64,000 nt of DNA, taken from the IMG/VR virus record IMGVR_UViG_3300009419_001390; one strand, 5' to 3'. The DNA is from a virus. Lineage: Duplodnaviria > Heunggongvirae > Uroviricota > Caudoviricetes. The notes below the pieces were generated by a model. The model did no database searches, had not been told where the DNA came from, and saw only the letters and a program-made list of their open reading frames with translations. Below are positions 56,537 to 64,000 of the stretch, piece after piece (position 1 is the stretch's first letter; the number at the start of each line of letters is the position of its first letter). A program made the translations under genes and the position numbers.

Positions 56537-57334
56537 ATGATGAGTCAATACACCAACAAGTTTACAATAGTAATAAGTGCGCCACAAGGTGCGCTAGCTG
56601 AGCATCTGGCCGCATTACTAGAATACACTGTTAATCACAGCGACACCAGTGTAAACCTTCAAGTTCAAAACCCATTTGCCCGGTCAAGTCAAACATTCTT
56701 TCATGACCTAGAATACTTGTACAAACAACAAGATGTACAAACATCCTTTATTGAGTTTGTAAACAACTGGACTGGGGAATTGCCAATTGAGCCAGAAAAT
56801 CGTGTGGTAGTAACATCTTTGCCAGTTCAAGACATTGTTGGATTATTTCCAAACTGTAAAATTATAAAAATAGCCACCACTGCGGAAGACGCCAATCAAT
56901 TGGGTTTTAATTATTTTGTACGTGAAACAAATTTGGCCAAACAAGCAGGCAGAGACCAGCATCTAATAGAAGTTTACAAAATGAAAGCCAAAAGATTTTT
57001 TGGACTGATCAATGTAGAGCCAGACTGGGATGCTATTTTAACTGATCCCATGATACTGGACCAGTTTCCTGTGCAGTGTGTGATACGACATTTTGCACGT
57101 GATCACAGGGTGGCGTTAGCGGCCAGCACAGAAACCAATTTAGATTCTGCACTGATTGTAAATTTCTCAGAGCTGGGTGACGTGACTCTAAGAAATCATG
57201 CGACCGCTAATGCTCGTGCTATTGCTGAAATCTATGAATTCATAGGAGTACATGCAACCCAAGAACTAGAAGTTGTACAAAACACCTGGGTTGATTTCAT
57301 GAACAGTTTCACTCCGTATCACGCTATAGAGTAA
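56537..57334 (+). CDS. hypothetical protein (265 aa)
   Basis: ORF track. Confidence 0.5.
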   Translation: MMSQYTNKFTIVISAPQGALAEHLAALLEYTVNHSDTSVNLQVQNPFARSSQTFFHDLEYLYKQQDVQTSFIEFVNNWTGELPIEPENRVVVTSLPVQDIVGLFPNCKIIKIATTAEDANQLGFNYFVRETNLAKQAGRDQHLIEVYKMKAKRFFGLINVEPDWDAILTDPMILDQFPVQCVIRHFARDHRVALAASTETNLDSALIVNFSELGDVTLRNHATANARAIAEIYEFIGVHATQELEVVQNTWVDFMNSFTPYHAIE

Positions 57335-57360
57335 CTAAATAAGGGTAATGGACAAATAAT

Positions 57361-57906
57361 ATGGCGGCATCACTTAAAGACATTATTGAAAATACCAAGG
57401 ACATCTACATGACAGATAGTGCCTTGAATACCCTGCTGGATTTTGAGAGAGTACTAGACGAGCTTGATCTCTATGCTTTTGAAAACTGGAAAAAGGGCGA
57501 GTTAGTCGAAGGCCCCACTATTGAAAAGTATTTTGTAACTTGCATTTTCATGTGGCCCTACAAGCTCATGCCTGACCCACGTGGCGCAGAGCGACTGGCA
57601 GAATACGACTGTGAGATTCGCTACAAGCGAGATCACTTGGAAAACCCCAGACAAGTTAAAGGGCCTGATGACTACGAAGAAGGCACACATTATCCCAAGA
57701 TGGATCAAAAGCCAATTTGGTTAGTGGAAATTGTAATGCCCAAGAAACTAATTTCAGATATCAATCAAGGTAGCCTGGAACTAGAAAATGACACAGTGGA
57801 TCTAGAAGACGTAGACCAAGCGTATGAAACAGGTGCAGATGATGACGTTAATCGTACTCCTGACGCACAAGGCGGTCCCAGTGGTGTAACAGGAGCCGCA
57901 GTATGA
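57361..57906 (+). CDS. hypothetical acidic protein
   Basis: ORF track. Confidence 0.45.
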   Translation: MAASLKDIIENTKDIYMTDSALNTLLDFERVLDELDLYAFENWKKGELVEGPTIEKYFVTCIFMWPYKLMPDPRGAERLAEYDCEIRYKRDHLENPRQVKGPDDYEEGTHYPKMDQKPIWLVEIVMPKKLISDINQGSLELENDTVDLEDVDQAYETGADDDVNRTPDAQGGPSGVTGAAV

Positions 57907-58433
57907 GTATCGAACGCGGAGACCTAAAGCGACTGGTTCATAACGAAATACACATTGACGAGTTTGAAAGCAAACTTGGAAAAAATCGTGATGTTGTGGT
58001 ATTGAGTTTCAAAGTTGCTGGCAAAGCACCAGGCCAGGACATATGTGCCTTTGTAGAAAGAGGCTATGACTGGATATTAGACGCAGACGTTAGCTCTGGC
58101 GAAATGAACGACGGCGATTACATTGTGTTTGTTGAACTGCCTCGAGACCAAGACTGTGTTTCTCATATTATGGAGATGATGGCAGACCTTATGAATCTCA
58201 CTGAACAAGAACTAACTGACTATCGTGTGCGCTATCGTCATGACCAAACTGACAACAGCCTAGACGAGGAAACACTAAGACGAATGATTCCAGCATCGGC
58301 CACTGAGTACGATGCTAGATATGGCAAGAAAGAAATTGACAGCCTAAAAACTGCATCTGGTATGAAAGTTGATACCAAAGCACCAAAGAATGAATACACC
58401 GAAAGCCTGCGAGTTGCAGCCGGCATACTTTAA
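57903..58433 (+). CDS. hypothetical protein
   Basis: ATGA coupling. Confidence 0.45.
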   Translation: MSIERGDLKRLVHNEIHIDEFESKLGKNRDVVVLSFKVAGKAPGQDICAFVERGYDWILDADVSSGEMNDGDYIVFVELPRDQDCVSHIMEMMADLMNLTEQELTDYRVRYRHDQTDNSLDEETLRRMIPASATEYDARYGKKEIDSLKTASGMKVDTKAPKNEYTESLRVAAGIL

Positions 58434-58446
58434 TTAAGGAGCGGAA

Positions 58447-59076
58447 ATGAGTTTCAAATTTGATTTTACTGAAGCAAAGCTAAGACAGATTCTAGTAGGA
58501 GCACCACACGTGGATCAGTGGTTCCTGGCATTACAAGAAATTTTACCTGACTATGAGATTGACACCGCAGAGCGTGTGGCATGCTTCCTGGGGCAGACTG
58601 CACATGAGTCAGGTGGCTATCGTGCGCTACGTGAGAACCTAAACTATTCTGACAAAGGCCTAATGGGCATTTTCAAGAAGTATTTTCCTACACAGGAAAG
58701 CACAGTGGGTTATGTTCGTCAGCCAGAAAAAATTGCCAACAAGATCTACGCCAACCGTATGGGCAACGGTGACGAACGTTCCGGCGATGGCTGGAAGCAT
58801 CGTGGTCGTGGCTTGATTCAATTGACTGGCAAGTCAAACTATCAGGCATTTGCTGAATCAATTGAATGTTCACTTGAAGAAACAATTGAATTCTTAGAAA
58901 CCTACGAAGGCGCTGTGCAATCAGCTTGCTGGTTCTGGGAAAGCAACAATCTCAATGTTCAAGCAGATAAAATGGATATTAAATTACTGACCAAGAAGAT
59001 CAACGGTGGCTACATTGGGCTGGAAGATCGTATCAAGCATATTAATCATGCTTGTCATGTGCTGATTGGACACTGA
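58447..59076 (+). CDS. endolysin, glycoside hydrolase family 19 (chitinase-like lysozyme)
   Basis: FLGQTAHESGG and GRGLIQLTGKSNY GH19 catalytic motifs; AAGGAG SD. Confidence 0.65.
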   Translation: MSFKFDFTEAKLRQILVGAPHVDQWFLALQEILPDYEIDTAERVACFLGQTAHESGGYRALRENLNYSDKGLMGIFKKYFPTQESTVGYVRQPEKIANKIYANRMGNGDERSGDGWKHRGRGLIQLTGKSNYQAFAESIECSLEETIEFLETYEGAVQSACWFWESNNLNVQADKMDIKLLTKKINGGYIGLEDRIKHINHACHVLIGH

Positions 59077-59078
59077 TC

Positions 59079-59609
59079 ATGTTTGGCACACTAAGCTGGT
59101 TCATGGCTTTGTTGCCTGACAGCCTGCTGATGTGGATATTCTATGCCTGCTTTTTTGCAGGCATTGCCTTGATCCTAGCCAGCTGGTTCGTGAGTTTTAT
59201 TCCGCTGATCAATCGCTACCGTTTTCCTACGCAGATTGTTGGAATCTTGGCATATGGCCTGGGTGCGTTCTTGCTAGGCGGACATGGTATTGAAATGACC
59301 TGGCGCGAGCGTGTGGCTGAACTTGAAAAGAAAGTTGCTGCCGCAGAAGCCAAGAGTCAACAGGTCAACACTGTGATTGAAACCAAGATAGTAGAAAAAG
59401 TAAAAATTATCAAAGAAAAAGGACAGAAGCAGATTGAGTATATTGATCGTGTGGTCAAAGGTGACACAACAGAAATCACCAGAGACATGAGCGAACAAGA
59501 GCGCCAGGTATTTTTGGCCAAGCAAAAACAGCTAGAAGATTCAATTAAAAATTGTCCTGTTCCTGAGATAATTGTTGAAGAACTCAATAAGGCAGCTGAA
59601 CCAAAATGA
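59079..59609 (+). CDS. inner-membrane spanin-like protein or holin-like membrane protein (N-terminal TM helices + periplasmic coiled-coil)
   Basis: two N-terminal hydrophobic helices then charged coiled-coil; TGA-ATG coupled to endolysin. Confidence 0.4.
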   Translation: MFGTLSWFMALLPDSLLMWIFYACFFAGIALILASWFVSFIPLINRYRFPTQIVGILAYGLGAFLLGGHGIEMTWRERVAELEKKVAAAEAKSQQVNTVIETKIVEKVKIIKEKGQKQIEYIDRVVKGDTTEITRDMSEQERQVFLAKQKQLEDSIKNCPVPEIIVEELNKAAEPK

Positions 59610-59872
59610 AACTATATTCAATTTTACTTGTAACTTTGTTAACAGGATGTTCAACCACAGTTCCAGTGGTTATGAAATTCCCAGACATACCTCCTTCTCT
59701 AAATGAAAAGTGCCCAGCACTGAAAAAGATCGAAGGCAAAACTGTTAGCATTGTAGATTTGCATAAGACTGTGGTAGAGAACTACACTCAGCATCATGAA
59801 TGCGCGGCCAAGGTTGAAGCCTGGGTTGAGTGGCACAGGACACAAAAACAGATATATGAGAGCGTAAAATGA
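59606..59872 (+). CDS. outer-membrane spanin-like lipoprotein
   Basis: lipobox LLTGCS; small Pro-containing periplasmic domain; ATGA coupling. Confidence 0.5.
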   Translation: MKLYSILLVTLLTGCSTTVPVVMKFPDIPPSLNEKCPALKKIEGKTVSIVDLHKTVVENYTQHHECAAKVEAWVEWHRTQKQIYESVK

Positions 59873-60270
59873 AACGTCTATTGTTGATATTGTTGCCATT
59901 GTTGTTGTCAGGTTGTGCTGTGTGGGATGCATACTTCATGGCCAAATTTGATGTCAATGAATATCAGTACATATCTCGTATACGCACACATGCTGAAATT
60001 GGTAAAGATCTATGCGGTACCGATGCTGTGAAAAACGAGGTGCGTTATATCTATGTTGTTGCTAGTGAGTACAAAAACTATGCTGAACATATTCCACGCA
60101 ACAAAGACAGCTTTGAACTGGCTGACACGTTGACCAAGATAACCGACGAGTTCCACAAAAAATACCAAAGCGACAAGCCGCCCAGCGTGGCTTATTGTAA
60201 AGCCAAGTTTTCAGCAATTGAGCGCAGTTCAGAAAATATACAAAAGGTAATAGGAGCCAAGCCGCGATGA
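59869..60270 (+). CDS. lipoprotein (lipobox LLSGCA)
   Basis: signal peptide + Cys; ATGA coupling. Confidence 0.5.
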   Translation: MKRLLLILLPLLLSGCAVWDAYFMAKFDVNEYQYISRIRTHAEIGKDLCGTDAVKNEVRYIYVVASEYKNYAEHIPRNKDSFELADTLTKITDEFHKKYQSDKPPSVAYCKAKFSAIERSSENIQKVIGAKPR

Positions 60271-60530
60271 AAGCACAAGACATATTAGACAGTATTCACA
60301 GTACAGAAACACAAGATCCTGTTGCCGCGCAACTGGCTGCACAACTGGCAGAATACACTCAACAGTTCCAAACAGGTGAACTGAGCAATGAAGAATATCA
60401 AGAACTGGTAGCAGATTTACAAGTTGAACATCTAATAAACAGCAAATGCTCAGACCTTGCTGCCAAAGAAAGGTTAAATACAATATGTACTGCTGTGCTC
60501 AATGCAGCCAGCATGTTATCTAGCATATAA
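60267..60530 (+). CDS. hypothetical acidic protein
   Basis: ATGA coupling. Confidence 0.4.
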   Translation: MKAQDILDSIHSTETQDPVAAQLAAQLAEYTQQFQTGELSNEEYQELVADLQVEHLINSKCSDLAAKERLNTICTAVLNAASMLSSI

Positions 60531-60542
60531 GGTAAAAATAAA

Positions 60543-60803
60543 ATGATACAAGAACTTAACAAAAACAACCTAGACGCATTTGTCAGCCAAGGCGGATGGG
60601 TCGGCGACATAGCAAGCAAGACTAAAAATCTTGTGCGCTTGTACGAAAGCAAAGAAATGCCAACAGAAGCATTGATTCACATGCTTACTGAAATGATGAA
60701 AATGACTTCTGCAACTGCAACACCAGAAGAAATTCTTCGCAAGGACGACCTCAATGGGGTGACCACGGCAATTCTTGAAGACGCAAAAGCCGCATGGGCG
60801 TAA
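60543..60803 (+). CDS. hypothetical protein
   Basis: ORF track. Confidence 0.4.
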   Translation: MIQELNKNNLDAFVSQGGWVGDIASKTKNLVRLYESKEMPTEALIHMLTEMMKMTSATATPEEILRKDDLNGVTTAILEDAKAAWA

Positions 60804-60813
60804 GGAGTAAGCA

Positions 60814-61377
60814 ATGGCATTAATTGATTCAGTATTAAATTTAGTAAACAAACAACCAAAAGATCCGGACGCACCAAAGCCTCCAGTGGGTTCACGTTCA
60901 GAACGTGAAGCAAAATTAAAAGACAAAGCAGGTATGGTTATTTCTATCTTTGCTTTGTTACTAGCAGTCAACGCATGGTACGGTGGCAAACTATCCAGCA
61001 CAGTATTAAACAATACTCTAGGTGCCAACAACACCTGGGCACAATATCAAGCCAAAGCAGGTCGTGGTGTTAGCTACGAGATTGCGGCCAAGACAACAGC
61101 TGATCCAAAAATCAAAGCAGAATTCATGGCCGAGAAAGAACGCATGGATGCTGACAAGAAAGAAATTGCTGTCAAAGCAAGAGAGATGGAAGCCGCTAGA
61201 GAAGAAGCCAAAAAGTCCAGTCCATGGATTGGTTATGCAAGTACCGCGTACCAGCTGGCTATTGTTGTGTTATCAGCAAGTATCCTTGCAGTTAGCATGG
61301 CCATGTTCTGGGGTAGTTTTGCTGTAGCAGGTTTTGGAATACTGTTGAGTCTCAACGGTTTATTCCTCTGGTTCTAA
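60814..61377 (+). CDS. membrane protein (TM helices at about residues 40-60 and C-terminus)
   Basis: hydrophobic segments; charged coiled-coil loop. Confidence 0.45.
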   Translation: MALIDSVLNLVNKQPKDPDAPKPPVGSRSEREAKLKDKAGMVISIFALLLAVNAWYGGKLSSTVLNNTLGANNTWAQYQAKAGRGVSYEIAAKTTADPKIKAEFMAEKERMDADKKEIAVKAREMEAAREEAKKSSPWIGYASTAYQLAIVVLSASILAVSMAMFWGSFAVAGFGILLSLNGLFLWF

Positions 61378-61398
61378 TCAAATTAAAGGAGCATTCAA

Positions 61399-61890
61399 AT
61401 GCCAATCGGAAAACAAATTGCAGACCTAGGTGACACAGGCGATGCAGATCAAAAACTTTTAGGTGGACTACCACCTACTACATCACCAAGTGGATTTGGT
61501 GCAGTAACACCCAGCTTTGGGGCCGTGGCAGCAACATCAGCACCGCAACCTCAAGCCGCGCCACAAGGATACGCACCAGACCGCACAGCCAGTGCAGCCG
61601 CGGCAGTGGCTGGTGGTGCTGAAAGCACTGTGGCCAATACCAACACAGACTGGATCAACAACAAGTGGCGTCCAGCAATGGGTTGGTTGTACATGACAAC
61701 TTGTTTCATGGACTTTGTAGTTTTTCCAATTCTTTGGAGCATTTTACAAACTGTTCAAGGTGGCCAAGTCACAAGTCAGTGGCAACCACTGACACTGCAA
61801 GGCGCAGGCCTGTATCATATTGCCATGGGTGCTGTGCTTGGTATTGCCGCATATGGTCGTACCAAAGAAAAACTCGGCGACAAGCAGTAG
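61399..61890 (+). CDS. membrane protein (Ala/Pro-rich N-terminus, 2-3 C-terminal TM helices), holin-like candidate
   Basis: AAAGGAG SD; hydrophobic C-half. Confidence 0.45.
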   Translation: MPIGKQIADLGDTGDADQKLLGGLPPTTSPSGFGAVTPSFGAVAATSAPQPQAAPQGYAPDRTASAAAAVAGGAESTVANTNTDWINNKWRPAMGWLYMTTCFMDFVVFPILWSILQTVQGGQVTSQWQPLTLQGAGLYHIAMGAVLGIAAYGRTKEKLGDKQ

Positions 61891-61918
61891 CCAAATAAGT
61901 AATTGCATAAACAAGTCA

Positions 61919-61947
61919 GCGGAAATTGCCTAACAAGGGATTTCCGC
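61919..61947 (+). terminator. hairpin GCGGAAAT-N13-ATTTCCGC (weak U-tract)
   Basis: 8-bp perfect stem immediately before a promoter. Confidence 0.35.
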
Positions 61948-61976
61948 TTGACACATGGTTAATTAACGTGTAAACT
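61948..61976 (+). promoter_or_regulatory. sigma70 promoter TTGACA-17-TAAACT; ATG 61983 lies 7 nt after -10 (leaderless candidate)
   Basis: perfect -35, good -10. Confidence 0.55.
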
Positions 61977-61982
61977 ATGCGC

Positions 61983-62801
61983 ATGGACTACTATTCAACA
62001 CTAGGTGTTCCCAAAGGAGCATCTGAAGACGAAATTAAAAAAGCATACCGAAAACTGGCTATGCAACATCACCCTGATCGCGGTGGTGATCAAAACAAAT
62101 TCCAAAAGATTCAAGAAGCCTACGACACACTGGGCAATGCACACAAACGGCAACAGTATGACAACCCACAGCCGCAAGGCTTTGGTGGTGATGGCTTTCA
62201 CTTTCAATTCAATGGTGGAAGTGGGTTTGAGGATATTTTTGCCCAATTTGGATTTGGTGGGCCATTCCAACAGCAACGCAAGAATAAAGATTTACGAATA
62301 CAGATTGAATTGGACCTGGTTAGCACTTTGCATGATCAAAACAAAACGGTCAGTGTACAAACCACTACTGGCACTAGAGAAACTGTACAAGTAAACATTC
62401 CACGTGGAATTAGATCTGGACAACAAATGCGTTTCCCAGGACTGGGTGACAACATGTTCAATACCATTCCACGTGGTGATCTTTTTGTACATTTTGCAGT
62501 AAGGCCAGATCCACAATTTGATGTTGAAGGAGACGATGTTGTGTATCATTCAGTGATTGATGCATTAGATGCAATCACTGGCACAACAATTGATGTTCCA
62601 AATCTTGAAAGTAAAGTATATCGCATGACAGTGCCTGCAGGAACAACACATGGCACTAGAATGCGTTTGCCCAACCAAGGATTGTATAACCTTAACCAAC
62701 CTACTCGCGGGCACTTGATTGTAGAAATACAGTTGAGTGTCACTGCCAGAACCAGTGATGAAGCTGTTAGATTAGCTCAGCAACTTAAATCATTAAACTA
62801 A
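61983..62801 (+). CDS. J-domain co-chaperone, CbpA/DnaJ-like (J domain + DnaJ C-terminal domains, no Cys-rich zinc finger)
   Basis: DYYSTLGV...HPDR (HPD motif), Gly/Phe-rich linker, DnaJ_C-like repeats; alternative ATG 61977. Confidence 0.75.
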   Translation: MDYYSTLGVPKGASEDEIKKAYRKLAMQHHPDRGGDQNKFQKIQEAYDTLGNAHKRQQYDNPQPQGFGGDGFHFQFNGGSGFEDIFAQFGFGGPFQQQRKNKDLRIQIELDLVSTLHDQNKTVSVQTTTGTRETVQVNIPRGIRSGQQMRFPGLGDNMFNTIPRGDLFVHFAVRPDPQFDVEGDDVVYHSVIDALDAITGTTIDVPNLESKVYRMTVPAGTTHGTRMRLPNQGLYNLNQPTRGHLIVEIQLSVTARTSDEAVRLAQQLKSLN

Positions 62802-62822
62802 ATATTTTGGTAAAGGAACCAA

Positions 62823-64000
62823 ATGATACAAGCAAATCCAGAGATTGAGTTAATCATTAATGCTGCCGGCGAAAACGCCAAACGACACAAACACGAGTAT
62901 GTGACGCTAGAGCACCTTTTATTTGCAATCATCAATTATAAACCCTTTGGTGATCTGCTACGAAGCTATGGCACTGAAATAGACGTCATGCTTGATGAGT
63001 TGGAAATCTATAACAATCGTCTTGACACAGGTAACCTGTATTACGAAGAAGACTATCAGCCTAAGAAAACCCATGCACTTGAACGTGTGTTTAACCGTAG
63101 CCTGACACAGGTATTGTTTAGCGGTCGTAATCACATGCAGGTCATGGATTTGTTTTTGAGTCTAACTGGTGAACAAAACAGCCATGCCGCATACTTTATT
63201 ATCAAGTACGGAATTGATCGTGCCAAGTTTATTGAGTACTATAATGATCACTACAAAGAAGGCAGTAGTCGCAAGAATGCGGGAAAGCAAAGAGCATTGG
63301 AAATCTTAAAAGAATACTGCGATGACTTGAATGAACTTGCTAAACAAGGAAAAATTGATCCAGTGATTGGGCGTGAACACGAGCTAGAAGAGATTGCTCA
63401 TGTGTTGGCCAAGCGAAACAAATCAAACGTGCTCATGGTTGGTGATGCTGGTGTTGGCAAGACTGCGATTGCAGAAGGACTTGCACGTAAAATTATCAAA
63501 GGCGAAGTTCCTGACTATCTGCGTGACTACACAGTGTTTAATCTAGACATTGGCAATCTACTGGCAGGCTCAAAGTATCGCGGAGAGTTTGAAGAAAAAC
63601 TACGTGATGTTATCAAAGCATTGAACACTCGTGGCAAAAGTATTTTGTTTATTGATGAAGCGCATCAAATGCGTGGTGCAGGATCTGGATCTGGTAGCAA
63701 TGTAGACTTTGCTAACATGATCAAGCCAGCATTGACCAAAGGTCGCATTAAGGTTATTGCATCAACCACATGGGAAGAATATACACAGAGTTTTGAAAAG
63801 GATCGTGCGCTCATGCGCCGCTTCTATAGACTCACAGTGGATGAACCAACTCCTGCTGTGGCCAAAGATATCCTGCGCGGTCTGCGTTCACACTTTGAAG
63901 AATTCCATGGCGGAGTAATTGATGACTTTGCAATTGATGCCGCAGTTGAACTAAGTGTTCGTTATCAAACTGACAAGAAATTACCGGACAAGGCAATTGA
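62823..64000 (+). CDS. clpA: ClpA-like Clp/Hsp100 AAA+ chaperone, partial (runs off window end)
   Basis: Clp_N repeat (TLEHLLFAII), GREHELEE, Walker A GDAGVGKTAIAEGLA, STTWEEYTQSFEKDRALMRRF; closer to ClpA than ClpB over the visible part. Confidence 0.7.
   Translation, partial: MIQANPEIELIINAAGENAKRHKHEYVTLEHLLFAIINYKPFGDLLRSYGTEIDVMLDELEIYNNRLDTGNLYYEEDYQPKKTHALERVFNRSLTQVLFSGRNHMQVMDLFLSLTGEQNSHAAYFIIKYGIDRAKFIEYYNDHYKEGSSRKNAGKQRALEILKEYCDDLNELAKQGKIDPVIGREHELEEIAHVLAKRNKSNVLMVGDAGVGKTAIAEGLARKIIKGEVPDYLRDYTVFNLDIGNLLAGSKYRGEFEEKLRDVIKALNTRGKSILFIDEAHQMRGAGSGSGSNVDFANMIKPALTKGRIKVIASTTWEEYTQSFEKDRALMRRFYRLTVDEPTPAVAKDILRGLRSHFEEFHGGVIDDFAIDAAVELSVRYQTDKKLPDKAI

Noticed and set aside
1-64000. 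CRISPR arrays, transposases/IS elements, rRNA genes, canonical tRNA genes
   Set aside because: I scanned for regularly spaced direct repeats, DDE/tyrosine recombinase motifs and T-loop GTTCRANTCC signatures. None was found apart from the tmRNA T-arm at 58..74.

Overview
This 64 kb window reads as a densely packed piece of a large T4-like, virulent myovirus genome infecting a Gram-negative host. Nearly all genes are on the + strand. Early genes sit behind host sigma70-type consensus promoters (TTGACx-17/18-TATAAT/TATACT). A TATAAATA late-promoter motif precedes structural genes. The core machinery I can support includes an ATP-dependent DNA ligase, a clamp-loader gp44-like AAA+ protein, two MazG paralogs, PhoH, and an NT5C-like HAD nucleotidase. 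A roughly 21 kb tail-fibre module runs from 23.3 to 44.6 kb and contains five large fibre/structural proteins (307, 1032, 1186, 1908 and 2277 aa) plus a small 138-aa fibre-associated protein. A lysis cassette pairs a GH19 endolysin with a membrane protein and two lipoproteins that resemble spanins. The window also carries an unusually rich set of host-like auxiliary genes. These are AhpC plus AhpD, an Fe/Mn-SOD homolog, IscA/ErpA, IF-1, peptide deformylase, GroES, DnaK, a CbpA/DnaJ-like J-protein and a partial ClpA-like gene. It also has an envelope set: an LpxH-like phosphoesterase, a GT2 glycosyltransferase and two paralogous small OMP beta-barrels. The most unusual items are: (i) a circularly permuted two-piece tmRNA (ssrA) at the window start, with a G3·U70 acceptor pair; (ii) a stand-alone 24-aa PqqA-like precursor peptide gene; (iii) a tandem array of nine small paralogous proteins ending in a conserved LKW motif that brackets the def gene; (iv) an apparent -1 frameshift inside a 1908-aa fibre gene; and (v) an orphan fragment homologous to the Pol III alpha GPGRGS region. 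No integrase, CRISPR array, transposase or rRNA was found. All calls rest on motif and architecture recognition by eye; no database search was run.
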